From positions 366,420,001 through 366,484,000 of the forward strand of contig OZ024743.1 of assembly GCA_964016885.1 (NCBI GenBank): 64,000 bases of DNA, written 5' to 3'. Below the pieces are notes generated by a model. The model had not been told where the DNA came from and did not search any database. It saw only the letters and a list, made by a program, of their open reading frames with translations. Every line of letters begins with the position of its first letter. Position 1 is the stretch's first letter. This stretch comes from Eledone cirrhosa (Eukaryota). Shown here in pieces: positions 53,424 to 64,000 of this stretch. The position numbers and the translations under genes are program-made.

Positions 53424-53800
53424 TATTGTATATATGTATATATATATATGTATATATGTATATATATTATATGTATATATATGTTATAGTAATATATTAT
53501 ATGTATATATGATTAGTATTATTATATATGTAATATGTTATATATATTGTTAATATGTATATATATTATATATTATTATATATATATATATATATATTTA
53601 TATTATTGTATATATGTATGTATATTGTTTGTTATATGTATGTATATATGTATGTATATATGATATGTATATAGCATATTTCATGTATATATATGATATA
53701 ATATATGTATGTGTATATATGTATATATATATGTATATTATATATGCATATATATGTATATATATATGTATATATTTGTATATGTATATATACATATATA
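52117..53800. repeat. About 1.7 kb degenerate (TA)n/(TATG)n tract
   Basis: Directly visible. Confidence 0.97.
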
Positions 53801-54144
53801 TATTAAATTCAAATATTAATAAATAGATGTTCTTGTGATCAATTAATTTTATTATACATATTTCAGAGTACTTGAATCAAGTTCAATAGTACGTCCTCAT
53901 CAGATAAATAAAATGATTCATGACATACCCTGACATGTTACATGGTTAAGATTTAATCAAGGTACTACCAAGGTACTACCTTGATTAAATCTTAACCATG
54001 TAACATGTCAGGGTATGTCATGAATCATTTTATTTTATCTGATGAGGACGTACTATTGAACTTGATTCAAGTACCTCTGAAATATGTATAATAACATTTA
54101 ATTGATCACAAGAATATCTATTTTATTAATATTTGAATTTAATA
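53801..54144. repeat. About 164-bp-arm near-perfect palindrome with a hammerhead in each arm
   Basis: Arms are 53801-53964 and 53977-54144. The hammerheads lie at 54032-54097 (+) and 53847-53908 (-). Confidence 0.92.
54032..54097 (+). ncRNA. Type I hammerhead ribozyme, intact core
   Basis: AUUUUAU-CUGAUGA-GGACGUACU..UGAA/UUCAAGUACCUCU-GAAA-UAUGU-AUA-AUAACAU. Stems I and III follow the same design as 51919-51984, but stem II differs. Confidence 0.78.
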
Positions 54145-54297
54145 TTAATAACTTTGGAAAATATCTTCCTGTAGAGTACTTTCAATCTACTGTAAAACTC
54201 ATTCTTTGATGTACTCATGTCTTGTTTTAACTCTTTAAAATACATATATATATAATATATATATATATATATTATATATTATATATATATATATATA

Positions 54298-55764
54298 CGA
54301 ATGGAAATGTGGTAAGGAACCAGATGGACCATAACGCACCAAAGTACTCAATACTTAGGGTAGTAGAGTGGGTAATAGGAACAAGTATAACCCCAACGGC
54401 AGAGCTCAAGCCGTTTCAACGGCTAATTCTGGACTAAATAAGAATGACTTCAAGACCCGGCTCTACTTACACCGATATACTTTCCGAAACCCGGCCCGGC
54501 GTCATGCCACTACACTTTCGGCCACATCTGTGACCTCAAAGATTATAATATAACCTACAATCTCACTTGGAGCTTACTGTCCAGAACTAACTCTTACACG
54601 GGAGGACGCCATCCGTGTAACTTATGCTCGGAGGAAACATTACAAAGGCTGTTTTCGAAGGACCAACTCCTAACAAGAAAGACGAACTGGTAACTGCATG
54701 CAAACACAGATTGCGTAGGACTTACCTCGCCCTCAAACCCATATGACCTGGGGGTGGTAGACAAGGGCTGAACACCCCACTTGCCGATTTTGTAAGGGGT
54801 AACCCTGCTTTCAAAGGTAGACGTAACTTTTTTTTTTCTTTTCCTCTTATTTCCTTCCTCCCCATCTCTCCCTAGTCCTTCACCCCAGAACTCCTTCCTT
54901 GTCTTTTATTCACCTTTTCGCCTACCCCGATGCAGCCCATCGGTCCTATGTAGCCTCAGTACCCCCCACCCCCCTAATTTTAAGATAGAATTGGCCGATT
55001 ACGCTTTTTATAGCAGATGTCATTAGACCCAGTAAATTGTTTTCTTTCTGGTTGCTGCTCCATTTCTGTGATTTCTAAATTTCTTAGTGGTATTCTTGTA
55101 TTAGTATTTCTATATTAGTATTATGAATTAATATTTCGTATTAGTATTTTAGTATATTAACCTGTCATTGTAGATAGCATTGGCTGATTACTAACTAACT
55201 ATAGCCGTGGTGTTAGGCCCCCTGTAAAGCCGCTTTATAAAATTCTTCACTACAATCTAGTATTTAGTATTTTTCTCCACCTATTAACTTTTCTATAGCT
55301 TAGCAATACCAATGAGAGATTTGGTGATTGTGGAAAGGGAGCAGAAATTGTTTTTTATATATTTATTTCCTTATTTTTATAATGGTCTTTTTGTTTACTC
55401 CCTTTCGATTTACCTATTCTTTCACACACACCACCCCTCCCCTTCTCCAGTACACTTTTTCGACCTTCTATACACTATCCTTAGAATCTGCGGTATAGAT
55501 TTCACTTTCAACGCTTGACTGGGTTTCCCCCACTCCTCTTTGTTCTACCGCAAGTTCAGCTACCCTACCTTTCCACCAAATGCCATGATAGAATCATCTG
55601 TCTTTACAACAAAGTTTTGACCAATCCTTTTGACAATCTCCCATATAAGGAATTACCCCCTGAGAAGTTCGGCTATTTATTTACCAGGCTAATAATTCTT
55701 ATTTAGTCCAGAATTAGCTGTCGAAACAGCTTGAGCTCTGCCATCGGGGTCATACTTGTACCTA
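54298..55764 (+). mobile_element. Second 5'-truncated Penelope-like element with inverted pLTR
   Basis: 54447-54745 encodes a frameshifted GIY-YIG C-terminus (FKTRLYLHRYTF..HICDLK..Y.LTWSLL..CNLCSEE..NKKDELVTACKH). About 54376-54446 is the reverse complement of about 55695-55764. Confidence 0.87.
55655..55750 (+). ncRNA. Hammerhead ribozyme of the second PLE pLTR (mutated core)
   Basis: ACCCC-CUGAGAA-G..CGGCUA/UAGCUGUC-GAAACAGC..GCC-AUC-GGGGU. The inverted copy retains the perfect stem III ACGGC/GCCGU. Confidence 0.68.
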
Positions 55765-56641
55765 TATATATATAATATATATATATGTGTGTGTGTGTGT
55801 GTTTGTGTGAGTTCATACACACACACCAAAAGCTAACATTACAACAACAACAAGGACAGGAACACAACAAGTGACATGTAGTTTTGTGTCCATATAAAAG
55901 ACTACTTCTGACATCTTTCTAAATAGAAGTTCAGTTTACTTAAAGTGTTTAACATTTTCTGGGGGTCAGAAAATGTTAACTGCTGTGAGAAATTCTGTCC
56001 TGCAATATATTTTGTGTGTGTGTGTGTGGGGGGGGGTGGGGGGGGTGGGGGGGGGGGGGGGGGGGGCTTTTGATATTGTAGCAGATATTTTCATTTTCTT
56101 CTCTGTACTAGCTCCTCATTATCATATTCCCCTTTCTTTCTCTCCTGCTTTATAGAGCAGAGGTAGAATTGTTCTCTACACATATTTCAAGGCAACTCTT
56201 GTTAGATCTATTTGTGTTATTGTTGTTGTCGTTTAACTTTAGGCCAGCCAGGGTTAAGCAAGACTGATAATCAAAGGCTTTCCACCCATGACTTTCCATT
56301 CCATGTCATCAGTGGATCACATTATCTATATATCCTTCCCTTTCTTAACCCTGCAGTGACTATACTTCTAATGACACCAAATGGCAAAAACTATTAATTA
56401 TTAAGAATGTTCAACTTAAATGGTTCTTATTAAAATTATGTTGGAAGGTTTTAATTTAAATAGAAATCCTTTAAATGGGTGGTTTTATTTCATAGAACCA
56501 GGAATTGCTTTAGGCAAGTTATTATCAAGAGTTGAGACTGTAGGGTGTAATTTGAAGGAAATTTGGTTGTTATTTCTAACAGGTCAAGTAACTGTAGTGG
56601 CTTTGTCTATGGCTCACGTTATGTGTGTATTTTTGTTTTAT

Positions 56642-56841
56642 NNNNNNNNNNNNNNNNNNNNNNNNNNNNNNNNNNNNNNNNNNNNNNNNNNNNNNNNNNN
56701 NNNNNNNNNNNNNNNNNNNNNNNNNNNNNNNNNNNNNNNNNNNNNNNNNNNNNNNNNNNNNNNNNNNNNNNNNNNNNNNNNNNNNNNNNNNNNNNNNNNN
56801 NNNNNNNNNNNNNNNNNNNNNNNNNNNNNNNNNNNNNNNNN
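56642..56841. other. Assembly gap (200 N)
   Basis: Run of N. Confidence 1.
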
Positions 56842-57759
56842 AAAATTGACTGGAGAGGGACTTGAACTCAGAATGTAGCATTTTGTCCGAAGTGCTAAAT
56901 ATTCTTTCAATCCATCACCATTTTAAAATGATAATGATGATGATGAACATAACATACACATCAACAAAAATTTATACTTTTCTCTCTTGATGTTTGTGCA
57001 AGACTGGATCTTTAGATTTACTCATTTGTACTTCATACTTCCAACCAGCCTGGGCATCCATTTGAACAGTGAGGTCTGGTATCATAAAAAAATAGAGGGT
57101 TTTCTTATTTTTATTAGGAAGCTAGAAATGAAAATAATTGAAAGTAGGATATAATTGTTTCAACCAATCAAGGAGGGAGAAAAAATGACAATGGGGAATT
57201 GAACTAGATTTCTGATTTAGTTCAGCAGAAGCTCTTACACCTACACTTTATTATATTGCAGTCCTTACTCACACACTCACACACACATACAATTTTGTAT
57301 TACTTCATATTAACACCAGCTTATTATCATCTTTGACATTGGGAGTCACAGAGTAGAAATAGAAAATTAACTACAATGACACCTTGAATATCAAGATGAT
57401 ATACTTTACAAAGTATTCTAAATTTTATGAAAACAAAGCCAAAATAGCAATTACTAGAAGCCACTTACTTTATAATTACTTCATATAACTACTTTTGGTG
57501 TAGAACCTGTCTAAAAGCTGTTATATTCCCTAGAGAACATATGACATTTTAAAACTAACTGAAATAAAATCATATAAAATTACAAAAAACTACAAAACCT
57601 ATGATCATTTAAGTGCTGATATTAAAACTGTTTCCAGCCCATCTTGCTCACTTTCTCGTTAATTACTGCTTTGTTTGTTTGCATTTCACATCATATTTTT
57701 ATTTATTTAATTTCATTCTTCTCTTACTCATCCTCTTTGTCTTTTTTTTTTATTTTCAG

Positions 57760-57856
57760 ATCTCTTAAATAATTACAAGTTCTATCATAAAGATCTTATA
57801 GGCGATGTACCATTGACAATTGACAAAAACAACCACCAGTTGTTGCTTGGGGCTAG
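57760..57856 (+). CDS. SEMA5: Semaphorin-5-like gene, coding exon 2
   Basis: Polypyrimidine tract plus TTTCAG acceptor and AG|GTATGT donor, phase 1 to 2. It encodes (D)LLNNYKFYHKDLIGDVPLTIDKNNHQLLLGA(R), matching the Sema-domain 'L..D....L.VGAR' motif. Confidence 0.92.
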
Positions 57857-58200
57857 GTATGTACTTTCAGCTGCTATTTTGCCATTTCATTTACTTTAGC
57901 TTATTCTTTTTTTTTTTTTCATTATTATTTTTTTTATATTATTTTTTTCACTGAATGTTCAATTACTGTCATGTATTATTATTTTGTATTACCTACAAAT
58001 GACATATATAGTATAATGTACAGTATCATATATTATGATATAGTACATATACCTACAGTATAAGTTGTAGGGATATCTTGTCTTTCATTTGACCTGTATA
58101 CTAAAAGGCTATAACTATAGCTATAAACTATCCTATCTCCAAAGATGGTGGTTAACTCTCATTTCCATAATGTCCAATATTTAGGGCCACACAATGTTAA

Positions 58201-58392
58201 CCCTTTCGTTAACATATTTCTAATGAAAGACACTGCCTTTCAAATAATTTTGGAAATATAGAGTTTGGATGGATTTATGTATCTTATTTTGGAACATATT
58301 GTAATTGTATGTTCTTACATACAATTACAATAGAAGATTTTTAGATAAATATAGAACCTGGGACAGTCTCAGACAGTTTGATATCAAAAAGA
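58201..58392. mobile_element. piggyBac-like MITE relic
   Basis: TTAA|CCCTTT...AAAAAGA|TTAA, with related copies near 45720-45956 and 56345-56535. It contains a perfect 16-bp hairpin at 58297-58332. Confidence 0.5.
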
Positions 58393-59173
58393 TTAAACTT
58401 GACTAAGATACTAGTGTGTTTCAACTTGACTTCATAAACCCACTCCCATCTGTTTTCATATTATTTCATGTCTGCATAAAGCAGGACATTAGCAGAGTTG
58501 TCATGTAGGACAAAATGCCTCAAAGTATTTATTTAGATTTTCTGCGCTATATACTTTTCAGTCTTTTGGGATTGATAGAATAAAGTACTAGTCCAGAGCA
58601 ATGGATTGGTAGAATACTTAGAGCAGTATTTTTTCCAACTTTTTATATTCTTAGTTCGAAACTTGCCATAACTTACAATGAATAGTAGACTTAGTCAGCC
58701 ACCTGGTTTAACACCATCACTTAACTCTTGCATGCCTTCAGTAAAGACAACTCAGTTTTAAAGATACATTTCTCCTTTCCTCTTCCAGTTTCAGCGGCCC
58801 AATATATCTATGGCCCTTATACTTTCAGTTCAAATCCCACTGAGATCAACTTTGCCATTCATCCTTCCACATATATATCTTTGTGAACTTAGTGGATCCC
58901 AACCCTCTCCACATCTGAATAAAACTGATTTCTTATATATATATATATAAGAAATCAGCTTTATTCAGACATGGAGAGGGTTGAGCTCCACTAGGTTTAC
59001 AATTCTATCAGCAGTCAAAGGCCTTTTTTTAAGCAGCCAAGTACTAGGATTGAGCTAATTGACTAAACTGTCCTGCACACTATTGTGGCCTTATGCCATT
59101 ATTAGAAATCAATATGATATTATCATGTGATTCTAAGCATTTGTAATATATAAATGAATTTCTTCTTTGTTAG

Positions 59174-59282
59174 AAATGGAATATTCCGGTTATCTTTGGC
59201 AAATCTCACACTCACCGAATATGCTGAATGGATGCCTTCAGAAACAACATTGGACACATGTATTCAGAAAGGACTTCCTAAA
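59174..59282 (+). CDS. SEMA5: Semaphorin-5-like gene, coding exon 3
   Basis: TTTGTTAG acceptor and AAA|GTAAGA donor, phase 2 to 0. It encodes (R)NGIFRLSLANLTLTEYAEWMPSETTLDTCIQKGLPK, matching Sema5 'RNYLFRL.L..L......W........C..KG'. Confidence 0.93.
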
Positions 59283-59479
59283 GTAAGAACACTTGCAATG
59301 CTATGTCTCGACACATACATTCATTAATACTAACTCATATTCACATGTAAATCCTCAAGCTGATACACACACGCACACACATATTAACAGATGTTATACA
59401 TATAAAATAACAAACAAAAACAACACACTCATTATGATACACAATATACAAACACTACTCACGTGTTCTTCATCAAACA

Positions 59480-59523
<44 letters not shown>

Positions 59524-60655
59524 GACATGCGTTGAGGCTGCGACATCTCCAGATATTCTGCCCCAACGGTGAACAGGTGTGGTCGCCGTTTATCAGACGG
59601 GCCTTTCCGCAGCTCATTTCTTTGACTGAGCTGCAGTCCTGGTTCAAGAAGAGACCGAGACTGGGTGACTGGCACCTGGAATATTGCCAGGCACTCACTG
59701 CCCTCTACCAAGCGGGCAATGCGATCAGTGGAACTTCCACTCTCGAGTTCTATAGAGGATTAGTGGTGGGCAAGTGCGATGACGCACTCGGAGAAGCTTT
59801 GGGCCTCGACGAAGTCGAACTGACCAGTCTGTACCGGAGGACTTTTGAGCCGGGGACGATGGACAATTTCCAGAAATCCCTCGCTTGGCAGTGCTACTGG
59901 GGGGGCTCTGCCGGTTCGGGATAAACTCCACAGGCACGGAAGTGCTGTCAGACGGACCTGCTCAAGATGCGCACAGAACGATGAAACCATTCTGCACGCT
60001 CTTGTCCAATGTCCGTGCATTACTGACTTGTGGGAGTTATGTCGAACAGCTGTTGTCGCATGTAGAACGAATCCGGTATCGGCCGAGTCCATAGTGAAGA
60101 TCGACCCGCCACCTTCCTTAGGTCAGGAAGAGCAGGAAATTTTCCTCTGTCTGGTGGCAGTTGCGAAAGAGGTTATATGGTGGACCAAGTTAAAAGGACT
60201 GAAGACAGAAACTTTTCTCTTCAGCCAATCCCTCATCAACTTCAAGTTTCACCTCGAAAGGAAGGTGAGGGTGGAGAGAGAAGTGCTGTCCCCCAGTACA
60301 TTTGCTAAAAGGTGGGTGAATGTGGCGAGAATGGCTCGTGTGAATGGGCCGACTCTGACCATGCGCCTATAGGCTAGCTAACTTGAGGAGAGGGGTGCTC
60401 TCCCTGGGTGTCCTAGAAGTGCAGGGTGGTTCAAGATTGGTGGGGTACCTGAGTCACCCCAGGGTCATCCACCCCCTATCGGGGAATTTATTTTGTTATA
60501 TTTATGCATAGTTTATTTTATACTTTTATATCTTCAATGAAGATATAAAATTAGTCTTGCCATTGTGCACTTTTACTCGACCTTATTGTAAACCCCCACT
60601 GTCCCTGTCTTTGTATTGTCCCCTACATGTCGGCCCTTGTGGCTAGTAAATGAAA

Positions 60656-60657
<2 letters not shown>
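59524..60657 (+). mobile_element. 5'-truncated Tx1/L1-group LINE flanked by (ATT)n
   Basis: zf-RVT-like LAWQCY.GALPVRDKL...CSRC...ETILHALVQCP, with a frameshift in the G-run at about 59900. Confidence 0.88.
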
Positions 60658-60690
<33 letters not shown>

Positions 60691-60699
60691 GTTCTTTGA

Positions 60700-62500
60700 G
60701 TCTCAGTCATTGATGTTAGTTAACTGGAAAGTTTGTTGAAATGAATATCAAGCCACTACCTGCAGCCTCAGATATTCAGGACGTATCGGAGGGTTCTTGC
60801 TGTTCCCAGCAAGCATGCCTTTTGAAGTGTTCCAAAAAGCGGGGCGGGACGAAATTATTATTATTATTATTATTATTATTATTTGAAACTTCCTTTGAAT
60901 TCAGCTTTTTTCCCATATCATGCCGAGTGTCAACCTGACACCTGAGGCAAAATTTGGTAATACACACATTTTACAATCAATTGTCATACAAATGAGGACA
61001 TAAGGACATAAACAACAGCAAATGTCTTTACAAGGTATTTAAATTGATAATGCCCTTCTCAGGACATGGATAGTGCCACTCAGCACGATTTACTGTATCT
61101 CTTGCAGAAATGACTTTACAGGTATCTGGTCCAAATATTTTTCAGTTCCCTTTTTATCATTCTAGGTGCACTGGACTATCATTGATATTGTACAGGCTTT
61201 AAGATACCACATTTTCTCAATTTCAATTGTCCAATCTTTGTTTACTGAGCTTTAGGGACTTTGTTGAGAAGTTATGATCTGATGGAATGCTCATGTCAAT
61301 TAAGAAGTGTTTTCTTTTTATGGTCCTTGATGTTAGCCTTGATCGTTCTGTCAGTGTTCACAGGGAAATCCCATAAGATTATCACATTCTCACCTCCTGT
61401 TACTGCATCTGGGTAATGGTTGTACCATTTTCCTGTTTATTATTATCATTATTAAGGCGGTGGATTGGCAGAATCATTAGTGTCAGTCAAATGCTTTGTA
61501 TTATTTGTTTTGGTTCTTTACATTCTGAGTTCAAATCTCACTGAGATCAACTTTTATCCTTTTGAGGTTGATAAAATAGAATACCACTTATACACTGGGG
61601 TTCAGTATAATCGACTTTCCCCTCCTACCAACTTTCTGGCCTTGCGTCTATAGTAGAAATCATTATTATTATGGTTCATTTTTGTAAATCTCAGACACTT
61701 AGATATTAAACGACCTGGATATTTCAGGTAAGAAGCAGTCAACGACAAGTTGACAAAGGTCCTTTGATGCATTCTCTCTCATGTCTTACATAGAGAAGAC
61801 TTTCCTTAAAATCCTTGCTGTACCAAGAAGTGCTGTCTTCTAGATGACCTGTAACCTTGCATCAATTTTGGTTCTATTTACACAGTTCTCAAAACTGTCC
61901 GATATGCAACCCAATGCTCTGATCACCACTAGACACAATAAAACCTTTTTCATCCCCCATAACTTTCCCACCTCCTCCTTTAGTGGTTCATACTTATCCA
62001 TCTTTTCATGCTTATTATCCTTCACTCTACTATCTCCTGGGATAGATATATCTCTCCTTTTTATTTCTTGTAAGCCAACCATTTTTTGAATCATCTACAT
62101 CTGGTGACATAGTCTTTGTTCCATCACTTTCAACACTTGTCTATCCTTCCAGATGTTGTGCATTCATTTTCTGTAACTTCTTACAGGCTTTCCCTAATCA
62201 TTGACAAGCCTACTCAAAAAATAGTTCTACATTACAGCTACATTCAGCTTCTTCGGCCACCCTGATCTGGCAGATGTTGGGTGGCAACCAGGCCCATGCT
62301 GCTTACTCACAGGATGCTATGATGCCTCCATCATCATTCAGACTGTTTTTTCTATTCAGTTGTTTTTCCATTTCACTCAAAATAAGGTTAGTGTTATTGA
62401 GGTTCCACAACCACCAGTATTTTCTTTTTTGAGACATCATCTTAGAGGGTGTTTTCGACAATTCTAATGGGGCCTCAGACCTTAAAATTCAGGTGAGCTA
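60700..62500 (-). mobile_element. Cluster of three R4/Dong-like (RLE) LINE fragments
   Basis: LQKACLLGTARTLR (about 60775-60830); WDFPVNTDRTIKAN..LIDMSIPSD..EIEKMW..LSGTIHVLRRAL (about 61050-61380); DISIPGDSRV..EKMDKY..L..EV.KLW..ALG..TALLGTARILRKV (about 61800-62050). Confidence 0.8.
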
Positions 62501-62820
62501 TTCTGTGTTGGACACCAACCCAGTACTCTATACTCTGCAGCATTATTCTTATTGTTTTGTTTACACGTTTCCTATGCTGTGTATATGTTGTTGTTACTAT
62601 TGCTGTTGCAACCATTAGTTAAGATTAAAATGCCAGCAAATTTCAAATAAAACATACAATTAATCTCATGCTGATACATACACATTCATGTAAACAATAT
62701 ACCCTCACATGTTAAATCACTCCCACACAGACATGCACATTACATCAACATACCTACAATTATACCACCAAAACACATACTTAATGTTTTGTTTGTTTAT
62801 TTATTTATTTTTTTATCTAG

Positions 62821-62919
62821 GACGAGTGCCATAACTTTGTACGAGTTTTGATAATCCAGCATGAGCAAGTACTGACATGTGGAACCAATGCATATAGCCC
62901 CATGTGCTGTTGGCGAAAT
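62821..62919 (+). CDS. SEMA5: Semaphorin-5-like gene, coding exon 4 (gene continues beyond the window)
   Basis: TTTATCTAG acceptor and AAT|GTAAGT donor, phase 0 to 0. It encodes DECHNFVRVLIIQHEQVLTCGTNAYSPMCCWRN, with the semaphorin hallmarks 'EC.N..RVL' and 'CGTNA..P.C'. Confidence 0.95.
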
Positions 62920-62943
62920 GTAAGTGCTGTGTTGTTTGATTCT

Positions 62944-63008
<65 letters not shown>

Positions 63009-63451
63009 AAGCAGAAATATATGATGGAGAAAACAAGACTCTTAAGAACAAATTTTATTCCTTTCACAGTGTTTCATCTTCTGGGTAGAATCAATATTCC
63101 TATGGATATATATGTAAATGGGGTTGGTGTTAGGAAGGGCATCCAGCTGTAGAAAACCAGCCAGATACAGTTCTATACAAGCGAAACACAGTCACCTGAT
63201 CAATCTTGCTTCAAATGGGACAATTCCTGTCTAACCCATGATAGCGTAGAAGATAGACTTTAAACGATAAGGATGATGATGATGACATATATATTAATTA
63301 ATTTATGTATGTGTTAGTTGATCACCAATACTTTTGTATGTAGAGTAGAGCACTCAACAAAGTACTCAAGTAGGTCTGTTTACTCCAAAGTATAATTATA
63401 ATCATGAAGTATAAGTCAACGGGTTATAATTCACTTCATTTATTCATAATT

Positions 63452-63510
63452 GGTGTTATATTTATTTTGGTGATGACTGTTATGCAACAGTTATGACCTC
63501 ATCAGACAGC
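63452..63510 (-). ncRNA. Decayed hammerhead (G12A) in a pLTR-like relic
   Basis: GCUGU-CUGAUGA-GGUCAUAACUGUU/AACAGUCAUCACC-AAAA-UAAAU-AUA-ACACC, with TTGAGTAC and TTGAGTGC 3' motifs at about 63350-63370. Confidence 0.6.
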
Positions 63511-63644
63511 TAGAAGTTGAATGAAGAAATCAGAAAAACATACGTCACTGGTGCTTTGAGAAAGGAACACCAAATATTAGCCCAGGACATCAATGAATCG
63601 AAACAACAGGAGTAATATTCATTTCTTCTTCATGTTTTTCTGTT

Positions 63645-63675
<31 letters not shown>

Positions 63676-64000
63676 AGATCAAAAGATGGTTAAAAGAGTT
63701 CCAAGTATTTTATTATGCGCATTTCAAAAACAAATATCATCATTGGATGATATTTGCGTTCTCAAAATAGGGAGACATGATATGAAGCTTAAAAAACACT
63801 TGCGAGCAGTGAAGTGTTAAATCAACAAATAAAGTAAGATGGATATAGGGGGGGAAGGGGTAAGAAAAGTTGAGGAAGAAAGAAAAGGATGACGGGGGAG
63901 GAGTATAAGAAGGAAGGATGAGAGAGGAGGAGAAATGAGTAATAGAGAGAAAAATAGCCTTTAAAACAGAGAAAACATTGTCTCACAGAGAAAAATTAAA

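Noticed and set aside
56420-56910. ORFs spanning X runs
   Set aside because: They are artefacts of the 200-N gap.

Overview
AT-rich, microsatellite-dense eukaryotic DNA. It is most like a coleoid cephalopod (octopus) genome, inferred from the repeat families and composition. One host gene is supported: the first four coding exons of a semaphorin-5-like gene on + (13415-13559, 57760-57856, 59174-59282, 62821-62919). All have GT-AG boundaries and compatible phases, and the first coding intron is about 44 kb and contains a 200-N gap. The rest is mostly transposon-derived. It includes RTE-clade LINEs with a C4HC3 PHD-type finger inside the RT, two Penelope-like elements (PLEs) with GIY-YIG endonuclease and inverted pLTRs, tRNA-derived CORE- and Meta-type SINEs, Tx1 and R4/Dong-like LINE pieces, mariner relics, a non-autonomous Helitron and MITEs. 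The main hidden signal is a set of about ten type-I hammerhead ribozyme motifs in the introns. Five have intact catalytic cores and three of those are sense to the pre-mRNA. They are carried by PLE pLTRs and by short fold-back palindromic elements in (TA)n tracts. Retroelements also partition by target microsatellite, (TA)n versus (TAA)n. All folds and alignments were done by eye.
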